A stretch of DNA of 64,000 nt from Octopus vulgaris (taxonomy: Eukaryota): positions 85,622,001 through 85,686,000 of the forward strand of contig OX597816.1 of NCBI GenBank assembly GCA_951406725.2, given 5' to 3'. A model generated the notes under the pieces. That model saw only the letters and a program-made list of their open reading frames with translations. It ran no database searches and had not been told where the DNA came from. This document shows positions 11,556 to 25,108 of the stretch, one piece after another. Made by a program: the position numbers and the translations under genes. How positions within the stretch are numbered: the first letter of the stretch is position 1; each line of letters starts with the position of its first letter.

Positions 11556-12348
11556 ATGTACAGAGAGAGGGCAGAGTGAGAGAGAGAATGTACAGTTCTG
11601 TTATAGTTAGAACCAACAGAATAAATATTCCATGTAGGGGGGCGTGTGTGTGTATTGGTGTGTGCGTGTGAGTGTGAGTGTTTGGCAGAGACAGAGAGAG
11701 AGAGGGGGAGAGAGAGCGTGTGCATGTGAGTGTATTTGTCTAGGTATGATGTGTTGTCCATACGCTTCTTGCTCACTTAGAACTCTCATATTAATCATTA
11801 TATATGCAAGCAGTATGCATAATTATACGGATATTTGATATTGCACGTATTAATACACTTATCCTAGAATGTCAGTGACACAGAAACCATACGTATTACA
11901 GCAATCCGATCATGTATTTCTGACGTCATGGAAGGAAAGCAATCTTACATGAAGCTAATATGGTTAATCTAATTAGGTATTTGGGGTCGCGTAGAAACTG
12001 ATGTTGACGTGATAGCGATTAACAGCAAATGTCGCCATATCACTTATCATTTTCTTGGTCACCCTCTTGATTGAGATATATCGGCGCCAATTTGCTGATA
12101 GGAAACTCAATGAGAGAACCTGCAAGAAGACAAACTTCAAAGTTGCACGGTAAATATAATTATGATGGTAACTGTAATGTTTATGAGTGCGTATGCGTTT
12201 GTACGCTCGTGCGTAAATGTGTATGTTTGCGCATGTGTGTTCGTGTTTGTGAGTTCATGTGTCTTAGCGAGATAACTGTAATGAAGCGCTGAACTGTAAG
12301 AGAGCTGCATTAGGAGAGTGGTAATAGAGAAGTACGTTGTCCATGGCT

Positions 12349-12473
12349 ACGATGATGAGGTGAGGATGATGACAACGACAACGACGTCGACGACGACGAC
12401 GACGGCGATGATGATGATGATGATGATGATGACGACGACGATGACGATGATGATGAGGATGATGATATGATGA
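12349..12473. repeat. (GAT)n/(GAC)n microsatellite
   Basis: Direct reading. Confidence 0.9.
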
Positions 12474-13055
12474 TCTTGCAAAAATCACACCTACTATTTT
12501 AAGGAGGGGTAAGTGTGTAAAGAAGATGCATACATCTCTGAATTGTTTTGACTTATTTAAAATGCGATTAACCAGTGACATCACATTTTATACAGACAGC
12601 TTAAAAACAAAACTCCGAACGAACTTTCAGGCTAGCTCCTCTGGAGGATAATTAGGCCTGCGACCAAGCACGAAAGAGGTCGATAATAATAAAACATTTA
12701 TTGGTAACCTACCAATATGATATCATCTTACCGACATGGTATTACTTTAAATTGATTTTAAATGAAAAACCTGCAAGTTCTATAAAATATGAATTTTCAA
12801 CTGTTAACATGTAACAAGTATTCAGTCTGACCTGATCCCAACGCTGGATGTTCAAGAACGAAATGAAGGGCAGATTCGCAATACCAGGATCATCCTGATT
12901 TCTACATAATATGACAAATCTATGTAGAGCAAACGTAGACTGAGATGCAGGGGTCTCGGACGGATGGACAGAAAGAATTTCGCGTTTCTTATTATAGATT
13001 AAACGTTAACATGTGGATTTACGATGTAGAAGTTATAGTGTAATATTTCATACAA

Positions 13056-13269
13056 ATTGTATACAATTTTATTATTTGCGGTGTGTTTACGTCCCCGTCA
13101 CTTAGCGGTTCGGCAAAAAGAGACCGATAGAATAAGTACTGGGCTTACAAAGAATAAGTCTATGGGTCGATTTGCTCGACTAAAGGCGGTGCTCCAGCAT
13201 GGCCGCAGTCAACTGACTGAAACAAGTAAAAGAGTAAAAGAGTATATTGTATACAATTTTATTATTTGC
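13056..13269 (+). mobile_element. 5'-truncated SINE (3' module only) with a perfect 24-bp target-site duplication
   Basis: ATTGTATACAATTTTATTATTTGC at 13056-13079 and 13246-13269 flanks GTGTGTTTACGTCCCCGT...GCATGGCCGCAGTC...AAACAAGTAAAAGAGTAAAAGAG; the same module occurs at 46320-46445. Confidence 0.9.
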
Positions 13270-14084
13270 AATTTCTTCACTAAAGACCAAATTCAATTGG
13301 GATCGGAAGTCGTCGAAAAATTGCTGAATTGTCTATTATAGTGAAGTAGTTTTGAACGTTTCCATTCCTGTAGCTTCGTTAGTAAAGGCATGCGAGAAAC
13401 AGGCATCTCTACTCATTGTTAGACAGGCTATTAACTTTTCCATACAGAACATCTGAATTTGATATACATGGAATTATGTCTCAATATATGTTTTCAAGAA
13501 AATGCAAACAAAGCTTTACAATTTTCATCGCGTAAACACGAGAAACAAATAACATGAAATACTTTCTAAAATGACTAAGCAAAATGCACATTTATAAATG
13601 TAATCGTCTATGAATTCTAACTCATCAGTTTAATTTTGCATATGCACTAATATTTCTTGAAATTTCAATTAAATTTTCTGTGGTTTGTAAAGTGAATGCT
13701 CCTTTATATTCTGCTGATAATTTCCTATATATTGTATTGAGATTTAATAGACAAATATGTTTGGACATAGTGATAGGTTACATGAGATGTGACCATGAAC
13801 TAGAACATAAAGGATATCGTTTAAAATACATTTCATTGCAGGAAATGTAGTGACCAAAATTCGGAAGGGATAGGAAAGTTGACTGAATGTCATTTCTTAA
13901 AGTATTACCAGTCAAATTTTTTTTATAGCTGATACTAGATATCCCCCCAAAATATCTATATCAAAATAGGTTTCCAGTTTCACTGATATTATAGACTTTA
14001 CTATGTATATGTAGTTCAGAAGAGAGAGAGGGGGGAGAAGAGGGAGTAAGACAGAAGGAGGGGGAGAGTAACAGAGAGGGAGTG

Positions 14085-14300
14085 ATCAGAAACCTGTTCT
14101 GAGCCATACACCCAATTGTCGATTTGCCCGTACGCATTCTACCTCTGAGCAAGAAGCCGTCGCAGGACTACTTATTTTTACCAGCTGAGCGGGTAGAAGC
14201 AACGTGGAATAACGTGTACTGTGTGTCACCAGGTCCAAAAATCGAAACCAAAATTGCATGTTCATGAGTGGAACACCCTAACCACAAAAACACGTGCTCC
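14085..14300 (-). mobile_element. Decayed tRNA-headed SINE
   Basis: Reverse complement begins GGAGCACGTGTTTTTGTGGTTAGGGTGTTCCACTCATG...GGTTTCGATTTTTGGACC. Confidence 0.6.
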
Positions 14301-14729
14301 TTCGTATGTGTAGTTACCGTCATTAAGATAAATTTGTGCAATGAGGAGGTGTAAGATATTTCTTTATTTAGGCTTCCATCCTTTAGTTTTTTCTAATTTG
14401 TGTATTTGTAACGTGAGGCCTTTTTATAATAAAAAGAAACTAGTACAAAATCTATATAATGTAGCCATTTCACAAGTCCCCCACGAAAGAAATACTAAAA
14501 TGTAAATAGACGGACAAAGGTGCCAAGTAATGTTTTCAAGAAAAAACTTCAATCAATTACAGATTTAATGTGTGTATTTGTGTTACATTGTTTTATTAAA
14601 GATATTGAATAACACGAAATTGTTTTCAGACACTTATAATGCAATAATAAAATTTGTAAGAAAAATCAGCTTTATATATGTGTGTTTGTGTGTGTGTGTT
14701 ATAAATTTATATGTACATGCATATGTACT

Positions 14730-15135
<406 letters not shown>

Positions 15136-15727
15136 GCTTTAATGTGTTTATTTATTCCGATGATGGTACTTGCAAGATCTTGCAAGTTAGTAGTGTCGCT
15201 TCTGCATTTCGAACGCATTGAAGTACAAATGGAATTATTGAATTCATGTCTTATGAGTAGACAGCAAATTATGAGTTAATGCTGGTCAATATTTAACGTG
15301 TGTTAGGTTAGAGGATATGTGAAGTCCAATGTAAAGATATAAAGAAATACTAAAGTATTTTTAGCATTAAGACAAAAAAATTCAGACAAAGATAAAAGAG
15401 GTAAAAAAATGGAAGGGGTGCTGTAGTGAATTTGGAATTAGCAGAACACATGTAAAGGAGAAACAATAAAATTATATATTAAATCATCGATTCTAAACCA
15501 AATATATTTACTTATCAAAAACTATATTTATTTTAGATGGTATACCAAATTCGTAATTACAGAACAGTGAAATAGCTTACACAGATACGCAGGCGCACAC
15601 ACAGACACAGACATATAGCTAGACAGTGTATTTAGTCTTGACAGTGCCACCATTCTAATATTGTCTCCCAGTTTTATCTGCGCGCGTGTGTATGTGTGCG
15701 TGTGTGTGCGTGTGTGTGTGTGTGTGC

Positions 15728-15769
<42 letters not shown>

Positions 15770-16768
15770 ATATATGTATATATTTAGTGTGAGAAAGAGA
15801 GAGAGAAAGAGAAAAATCAATACATACATACATACATATATGTGTGTGTGTGTGTTGTAGCACATATTTTACTAAATTAATATATGAATGATGTAATATG
15901 GAATATAATCAAAATTTGCAATGTATTACGTTGCAGATTTGATGCGCTTTCTTTGATGACTGAGAAAAATTGTCTTCAATTTTGGAATTTCCTATCAGTT
16001 GTATTCTAACAGATTTAAGATGAAACCCATGCTAGTTGCAGTTCTACCATCACTTGTTTGCAAGGATATTATTTTATCATAAATGATTGCCTGTGAATTG
16101 CTATTTTCAGCTGATTATATACCATGGCCCACTTCTCAATATTCAGACGATGTATGCATATTTGTTATATACTAGTGCTTTCTATGCATTTTTGGTTAGA
16201 ATTTTTATGTTCATGCAGAGACAGTTATTTGCAGTATAAATACGACGTACATCTCAGCAGGCCATGTACCAAGATACGAGCACTATGATAGATTACACTG
16301 TAGTTTCATTGTTAGATATATTTTTATATATCTGCAACTTCATTCTATAAATCTTACATACTTACACTTTCTAAAATTTGTATATACAAGAAATATATGG
16401 AGAATGGAGTAGAAAAATAAGTAGTAGTGAAATGATAAGCAAACAACTGTTAAATATATAAGGTAGATCACTACGAAATACCATTGGTCTTTCGTAAGTG
16501 GCATGAACACATAGAAAATGTCTTCGTTCTTCGAGAAGACAAAAAACCCAAAATAGTATCACATTACGAAAATCACGTTGTGAATTGAACTCCTGTCATA
16601 AGGATGTCATAATCAAAAAAGTCAAATGCCACTCTTGAATCAATGTAAACAACTAATAATATGATGCTGTTGCGGTCAGGTGTTTCATGATCATAGTAAA
16701 TTCTTGCAATCTCAGAATTTTCTTTATATATTCATGTATGTATATATATATATAAGTGTACGTACGCG

Positions 16769-16849
<81 letters not shown>

Positions 16850-17239
16850 TAAGGTGGGAGAAGGTAGTCTCTCTATTCCTCTTATATATACGTAAGGTTC
16901 GGCGAATTTGCACATACGCATATGTGTCTGTTAATTACATTCGTAACTGTTAGAATATTAAAATATAGAATTTTGTATTGAAGTATAATAACGTTAATTT
17001 AGAGGCCTGACGATTGAGGTTGCGTTTTAAGAAATGTCCTTGTAAAACACTGCATGCTTAAGGAACGGTAAAAGAACATCAAGAAACACGCGTAGCAGAG
17101 AAATTTAGAAATTAGTAGTAAGTATTAGAATAAAATTATTTTATATGGTGTGATAATGGGGACTGCTATCTCTAAATAACATATATTTCCTCATTGAGAA
17201 TAATTCATTCTATTTGAATCCCTGTATATATATATATAC

Positions 17240-17640
17240 AAAATTGGACAAGAACGCAAAACATCCAGACGGTTAGGTGATACAAAAATGGGAAACAAAA
17301 GATCCAGATAGACGATACAAGGAAAACAAGGACGGGTCATTCGGAGTTTTATTTTCTTAGTCGAGTTCCAGATCATCTTTGCAATTTCGGCTGGTTATAC
17401 TCGAGATTGCTGCAATCTGACCAGCCCTAAGGAAAAACGAAGCTAAGAGCATTGGATTCCTTGGAATAAAGCAGCGAATATATACGAAAACAAGGATAGG
17501 AAAAAAATCGGATATGTTACGCAAATACAAGTAACAGGACATAACAACAGGTGTCTTTCGACTAAGGACGAATTTAAATTAAGCTGGCGTGTGTGGAAAT
17601 AAAGCCTTACGGCAGGGATACAAGAATGCACAGGCGCAGG
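17240..17640 (-). mobile_element. Solo diverged A segment (pLTR-like) of the 999-2865 family
   Basis: Reverse complement is colinear with A: ACGCCAGCT, AGTCGAAAGAC, CCAAGGAATCCAATGCTCTTAGCTT, CCAGCCGAAATTGC..GATGATC, CCGAATGACCCGTCC. Confidence 0.7.
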
Positions 17641-19635
17641 GAGGAATATAGATTTCCAGAAATCTACTAATCAACTCTTTCTCAGCTACACATTGGTTTT
17701 TATCGTAGTGATCATGAAAGAGTCTTTCTACAATGACTATTTGCCCTTGACGCCTATAGACACCAGAATGTAGGATTCTGACTTGACTGATTTCAGCAGA
17801 GCATCTGCTTCCTATGTTATGACAGCAACGGCGTCGAACACAGAGAATAATTTATTTGTGTCCTCTTGTAGATGATAAAAATTTTGCTCTTATTTACCAA
17901 AGTTGTTTCTTTATTTGTTACTTGAAACAGCACAGGCAACTGAATTTTGATGCATTGGTGAAAGTATTAAATTCCGCATATATAGAATATGCTTGAAAGA
18001 TTTTCATGCTGTAGGATAAGGTAAATTTCACGAAAGTGCATATGTATAAATTAGTTCTATATACAAAAGGGGTCTCATTTTATCCTTGGGTAACAATGAT
18101 TTTCCAATCCACAGAATTTCACATTCGACGCCAGTGCTATTGAAGCCTAAGCTTTATGAGTTAATCTTCTACAAGTTCACAATTAAACCACAAAGATGAT
18201 GGTTTTAAATTAACAGAATAGGTAATTTCAGGATACTGATTAATGATTAATTTCGATTGCGCAAATAATAGCGATCCGTATTTGTGTTAATGGAGAAATA
18301 ATTATCTGAAAACAAAACGAAAAAAACTAACCATTGCATAGATAGTGTTTGCCACTGAAAAGGCAAATTACGCAGTGTTTAATAACACCTCAATGAAAAT
18401 AAATTATTTTCTTTTCTGCTATCGCTCTAGAAAATGGATCTCTATTGTGAATATTGATATCAGATATAAGAACTATAGATCAATCTATTAGCAATAATAT
18501 AATCTTTTAGTCGAGCACGAGCGGAGTCAATAAGATATTGTTAGGCAATGATTTATTAAGGATATTTCTGGGAGAACCAGTGATTATAATGTTAGTATAT
18601 ATTGAAATCGTTTTTTCGTTGAACGGCATTCTAAGAAATCTTACCTACTAGTGGACGATATATAACAGAGACGCGTATGGATAAAAGTGATTCTATACTA
18701 AAATGTGCAATGTATTCAGGTAAGTTATATCGCAGTAAGTTAATTTTAGTATTTGTAAAAGTCTTAATGTAAACAGAAACACACGCCTCCAGTTGGCAGA
18801 AAGATTTCCGAGATGTATTCCAGTCCATTTCTCTAGTTAAGATAAAATTATCCATTTTCTATATTTTAATCCAGTTTAAGATATTGTAATTTAGCTCTCA
18901 CCATAGCAGTTATGCCAGAGTATACTGGACGCATATTTTCAAACCTACTGCAGAATTTCTTCCTTCATTCCCTGTTTCAGTTTTTATAAATATTTCGGGG
19001 ATTAATTCCCGGCATAGAAAAGAGGTAACTGCCCAGCTGCGCAGACCACAACGATATCAACATTTAAATATTCATTTAACAGTAATTAAAAGTGCACATT
19101 GACTTAATGTGTTGCCAGATCCACGAAAATTCATTACAGTCTGTTTATACCTTTATAAGCGCTCTTGTGAATTTTATGAAAATTTGTAATATGCTTTGTC
19201 GTTTTCCCTATATTCTCTTGATCTTAAACGCGAGGCATTTCTCAGCACCTCATCTTGCACATAGTCCGATATATTTGGTTACAAATTTAGAATTTACAGA
19301 GGAAAAAAATTCAAATATTTATTAGCTAAATTTATTGCTTTCACGTTCATCCTTTGTTATACTGGTTAGAATATTATTATATATTTCTCACTGCTGCATC
19401 TTCAGTATACAGCGTTGTTATTCAATAATATTTTTTTAAGTGTACCATTATTTTTACAAAAACGATTATAATATTTTTCAACGTTAATATATCATGCTGT
19501 AGGTTTGCTTGGAAATCTTCTAAGCAAACGGAAAAAACATAATTTTTCTAAGTTGTATGAATCTGTCGTAAGAGATACTATGCTGGAATATTGTGAATAC
19601 TAGCAGAGCTAATTCTGTCACTCCCTCACACACAA

Positions 19636-19636
<1 letters not shown>

Positions 19637-19675
<39 letters not shown>

Positions 19676-19760
19676 TTATTTATCTGCCTATCTATCTATT
19701 TTCCTGTCTGTGTGGCTGCTTGTCTGTCTGTCTGTTCGTCCATCTGTCTATTTGTCGATA

Positions 19761-19817
<57 letters not shown>

Positions 19818-19878
19818 GTGTGTCTGTCTGTCTGCCTGCGTTTCTGTGTATCTGTCCGTCCGTCTGTCTGATTGTCTG

Positions 19879-19939
<61 letters not shown>

Positions 19940-19978
19940 ATATCTATCTATCTATCTATCTATCTATCTGTCTGTCTG
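19637..19978. repeat. (TATC)n/(TGTC)n tetranucleotide array
   Basis: Direct reading; a second array lies at ~20490-20635. Confidence 0.95.
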
Positions 19979-19980
19979 GC

Positions 19981-20304
19981 TGCCAATCAGATTAGCTGTC
20001 GACGTTTCCGTGTGCCTAAGTCTAAACAATTTCTCGTTTATATTGAATATTTGCAAACAGTTGGTTTACAACATCAACTTTCGTGTGTTTAAATCGGTCT
20101 TCCGAATATCCACCCCGTCTGAAAAATAGATAACTTGGCTGAAACGGCCAGCGTTCCACCGTCTTTCATGTACCCTGATTTCCCTGCATTGTCGAACGTT
20201 GCGGGGAAGAGAGAAAGCATTGAATCACATTCATATATACACACACAGTTGAACAACGTCAACACACATACAGACAACAACGTTCTCAACAAGCAAGTAG
20301 GAAG
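19981..20304 (+). other. Candidate promoter plus first exon
   Basis: Unique CpG-containing stretch between microsatellites. CCAAT at 19983; ATG at 20168 is open for 45 codons (MYPDFPALSNVAGKRESIESHSYIHTQLNNVNTHTDNNVLNKQVG) up to a strong donor AAG|GTAAGC at 20304. No homology recognised. Confidence 0.25.
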
Positions 20305-20504
20305 GTAAGCAAGAAGAATGAACAAATATATACTGCCACCACCGCTGCCACCACCACTGTCTCCACTACTGCCACTGCTACCATTACCACTACCACCTAA
20401 CTACCAACCTACCATTACCACCACCACCTAACTACCAACCTACCTGTCTACGTAACCTACCTACCTACCTACATACATACATACCAACCCTTTCTATCTA
20501 TCTG

Positions 20505-20569
<65 letters not shown>

Positions 20570-21346
20570 TTATCGATCTATATACCTACGTACCTACCTA
20601 CGTACCTACCTACCTATCTATCTATTTATCTATCTAAATGTGAATATGAATTTATATGCAAATGAAGATTTCTAGATTCTTTATCCTGAACTTAATCCAA
20701 AATTTCCTATTGTTTTACTGAAGAAACACTTTGAATATATTTCTTATCGGTTTTATAGCGAAACATTAGCACAGTAAAGAATCTGATAGAAATGTCTTTT
20801 TCTTGTCTCTGGATCTAGTGGCAATAACAATGTATGAAGTCTCAGTTTATATAACAATGTTTTGATAAAGAAAGAACACTTAATAATTCATTAATAGATA
20901 GCAAAAATCAAAGTACTTCTTGATATCCACTTAAAGCTCTGTATTCTTCCCCAGTCAGAGGTGACTGATGTTCAACAACAACAAGAACATTTGAATTACA
21001 TAATTCAAAATAGAAATATCATACATTCAGAGAGCAGTGCTATCTGTTCGTAAACACTACCCATGTAATACACCTTCATGATCGCTTCGTTCCAAGTAGA
21101 TATTTTCAACTAACATTCCGTCAATCGATGCTTTGATTGCTCTTCATTCTTCTAAAGACATGTTAGTATATTACAAAGATCTTATTCAAACACTTGAAAC
21201 AGAATTTTAATGCTCTTTCCACCATGAAATCGGAAGCATAGTTAGAGTTAATTTCACGAAACTCTATTGATGGAAACACGAGTTTACTCTGCGTACTTTA
21301 GCTTCGTCTGCATGGTAACAGTGCTGATAATTATTGAGAAGACCTC

Positions 21347-21424
<78 letters not shown>

Positions 21425-21519
21425 ATATAATATACATATATATACATACACACACACACATATATATATATATATTAGGTAGAATATATTTTAGTAGCAA
21501 ACATATTTTCTCTTTTTAT

Positions 21520-23140
21520 ATATGTATGTAAAGGTTGAAAAGGAACACACGAGTTGATTTGTATAAGGAAAATAAATCAAGGTAGAAAATGCTAAAATAA
21601 TTTCATCATAAAAAACATTTTAGTACCGGCTTAAGTAATTGAGACTTTTTCAACTAAAGTTTGGAAGAATTAAATGAAAAACTTTTTTAAAGAATATTTG
21701 CATAGAATAACTCTAGTACTATCCATATTAGAAGACACAGCATACTATAAAAAGGTACGTTACAGTCAGCAGAACATAATGAGAGGTTTAAAATCTATGT
21801 TACACCTATACAGAGAAGGACTCACCGACAAAGAATACGACTATATGACCAATTTCAAAAGTAAAACCAGTCAATTCTACGGTATTCCCAAGGTACACAA
21901 AGCTGAGAAAATAATTAATGCATGCAGGAAAACCACAAACATAATAACCAATGTCTCTACTCCTAATGACCGCAAATTCAAACCTATAATAGTTGGTCCC
22001 GCATGCAAATCCCACAGCCTCAGTAACGTTTTAGATACTTTTACAACCATTCCTCAAGCATGTCAAAAGCTACATAAGGGACGACTTGGATATGCTCAAT
22101 CACCTTCCTAAAACAATAAACAGAAACATCCTACAAGAATCCTTCGGTGTAGCCAACCTCTATTCCAATATCCACAATCTAGGAATAGAGGCAATTTAAT
22201 TTTGGCTAGAGAATTACGCCAACGATCTCCAACATCGCACCAAAAAGAATTCGTGATAGAAGGGCTAAAATTTGTCTTAGAGAATAAGTACTTCGTCTTC
22301 GAAGACAACTTCTATCGATAAAAATCGGAGACTGCGATGAGTACGAGAATGGCTCCCTCCTTTGTTAACCTACTCATGAGATATCAAGAATTAGTCTTTA
22401 TCATGAGGTACTAGAAAAATACGGCAACTCATTCTCCCTCTGCATATAAAATAACTGGAAGAAATACCTGGATGACTATTTATTTTTTGGCAGGAAAGTA
22501 TAGAGAGACTTAATGAATTTCAAATACTTATAAATGAACTTGATGTAAACATTCAATTCACTATGGAATAACCATCAACGACTTCCCTTCCTCGACATCC
22601 TCATTAAGATATCTAACAACGTTATAGAAACAGATATGTACTATAAGCCCACGGATTTCAAGCAATATCTACCTTTCAACTCATGCCAACCCCAGACACA
22701 CCAGAATGAATATTCTCTTTAACCTAGCAAAACGGATTTGTACTATAATTTCTAATGCAAGCACCAGGGAAACACGACTACATGAACTAAAGGATACACT
22801 CATCACCAGGAACTACCCACCTTCACTAATTGACATGTTTTCAACGTGCCCTACAACTCAACATGCACGAACTAAGACAATTAAAGAAGCATTTACAACC
22901 AAAAGCCCTACAATACATCTCCTCACACAACACCCTTAAAAACGAAGCCTTCCACACTATCCTTCAAAACATTCCCCTCCTAAAAAGGACCACAGAATGG
23001 ACTTAATCCTCGAAACACACGCCATCATAAAAAGCAAGAGAGAGAGCCCAAATCTATGAAAATTCTTCTTACACTTGCCCGAATACGCCCAACAACAACA
23101 CTGAAGCCGTCAGTAAAAATGCGGAAGACCAACAATCAGG
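21520..23140 (+). mobile_element. Decayed Penelope-like element: inverted pLTR (21520-21690) followed by RT, thumb and start of linker
   Basis: Peptides FYGIPKVHK, KFKPIIVGPACKSHSLSN, GTAMSTRMAPSFVNL, WKKYLDDY, LPFLDI, TDMYYKPTDFKQYLPFNSC, NLAKRICTIISN, LITRNYP; multiple frameshifts and stops. Confidence 0.92.
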
Positions 23141-23144
23141 AGGA

Positions 23145-23725
23145 ACCACGTCCGGTTTGCGATGAGGCGGACGTCCCCGTTCAGAGATGTCTTCAGCTCT
23201 GGTGTGAGTGCGCTGTTTTGTCTTTATTTTGTTCCATGCAGCTTCAATGATTGTCAGCAGGCGAATGAACAACCTGGCAAATTTCCCTTTAAATACTCCC
23301 TGGCAGCCTCCAGCAGCCAGCAGCCAGCGCCAGCTGACTGTCACTTCACACAATCGAAGCTTGAACAGACCGCGGCGACTACCTGTCATGTGCGGCAATC
23401 TACTGAACAATGGTAGTTTTAGCCTGTGCCCTCTGAGTTGTGTGAATTCCATCTCTAGCAGCCAGAGCCGACTAGCTGTCCCGTTGTACAAGCCTTCATA
23501 CCATCGAGGATTGCGGGAGTGCAATGAACGAGATAGTTCCCTCAGCTCACCTGTCAAACAGCAACGATGTATATCTGCCAGCCAGCTATTTCCCATTCGG
23601 CATATTTCGGCTTTCGAGGCATTTCAAGTCTCCTCGTTTCAGCTATATATAGAAGCTGGTCTTTTCGACTGCCACCTGCATACTCGTTATTACCTTCCTT
23701 ATCTCTGGCCACAAAAATGCAAATC
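23145..23725 (-). mobile_element. Probable decayed RTE-clade LINE 3' portion
   Basis: GC-richer block. Minus-strand fragments (KEGNNE..ETRRL; LTGELRELSRS) loosely resemble the RTE C-terminal WxDKVxNxEV...RRLRWLGH...YGELxxGxR region; highly degenerate. Confidence 0.4.
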
Positions 23726-24321
23726 TTTTAAATAAGCATCATTTATTTAGAGGTCATACAAACTGCATAATTTAGGAGACGTATGGCTACTAGTACTACC
23801 AGTGCTACTTAGTTACGATGGTGAGCGTCGGGTTAGGATTATCAATATTAATAACTACCAATAAAGGAGGTGTTACAACAACTTTTGTGATCATTAATAG
23901 TTGCGTAATCAATAATCACACCAGAACAGGCGCGGTTACTATGCATGATGGTCCTCCCATCAACAGTACCAAGGTTAAACGTTAGCCCCCTACCCACGAC
24001 ACGCATATTCAGAATCGATACGTGTGTATGAGTATGACAATAAGAAGAAGCAGGCTGAGATTTGTTAACATGAGAGTTGGTGCTGGCTACTTGAATGCTC
24101 TATTTGGTCTCATTAAAGTGGCCTACGACAAGACTGCTACTACTCATGCTTTTAGTGCCATATTTACAAATATAATCATAGTCGCTGCTGTTAGCATCAA
24201 CACCACCACCATTAATTTTATTATTATTATAATTATTGCTACGAATACTGTTATTTTCATTATTATTGATGATCTTCTTCTTCTTCTTCTTCTTCTTCTT
24301 CTTCTTCTTCTTCTTCTTCTT

Positions 24322-24352
<31 letters not shown>

Positions 24353-24385
24353 TCATTATTATTATTGTTGTTGTTGTTGTTATTG

Positions 24386-24940
24386 AGTGAGAGAGCAGTG
24401 CATGCCATCAAAGTGACACTGGGGTAAAATATATGAAGCCCAGTATACCCATCATGACTACCCGTCTGATAAGGGTACACTAGGCATATGCATCACAACA
24501 ATATGTGCGTGACATGGTGCTCTCATATTAAGATAAACAGCGCATGACCTTGCATGTGGGACCCAGTTAGAATTTACTCCTGGTCGAGTAACCCATCCCG
24601 CTCAAAAGGTTCCTTAATAAGAGTTGTTTAAGGTTGTTGAACGAAACACCCATGTTTCCAGAGGTGAATTATTCAAACCCCAAAGACTCCCTCTCAACAC
24701 ATGGCTGTGATGCACCCCCACTACTTCTGCTCGTGATCAGAGATGCACATATCGTCAGCCACTAAGGGACATGCTCAACTGGTTATGGTCAAACATCTGA
24801 CAAACAAATCTGTGATATTGAGCAGAATATTTGCTGTAGCCCATCTTTTATACCAAGACAAAACGATGTACATAAACACTTTCAAATAGTTAAGATCAAA
24901 AGACACGAGAGCCACTGCCTGGTACTGCATGAGGGCATTT
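24386..24940 (-). mobile_element. ~550 bp non-coding element inserted in a (TAA)n-type tract
   Basis: Reverse complement runs AAATGCCCTCATGCAGTACCAGGCAGTGGCT...GTCACTTTGATGGCATGCACTGCTCTCTCACTC; a second copy with the same ends lies at 52115-52623 (+). Confidence 0.8.
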
Positions 24941-24992
24941 ATCCTCATCATCATCATTCTTCTTATTATTATTATCATTATTATCATTATTA

Positions 24993-25035
<43 letters not shown>

Positions 25036-25045
25036 TAATATTATA

Positions 25046-25105
<60 letters not shown>

Positions 25106-25108
<3 letters not shown>

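Noticed and set aside
16112-16152. Possible 41-nt + exon (DYIPWPTSQYSDD)
   Set aside because: Weak donor (GAT|GTATGC) and no supporting context; expected by chance.
23069-23735. Two overlapping 175-aa ORFs on opposite strands
   Set aside because: GC-richer decayed retroelement sequence; neither translation is a coherent protein.
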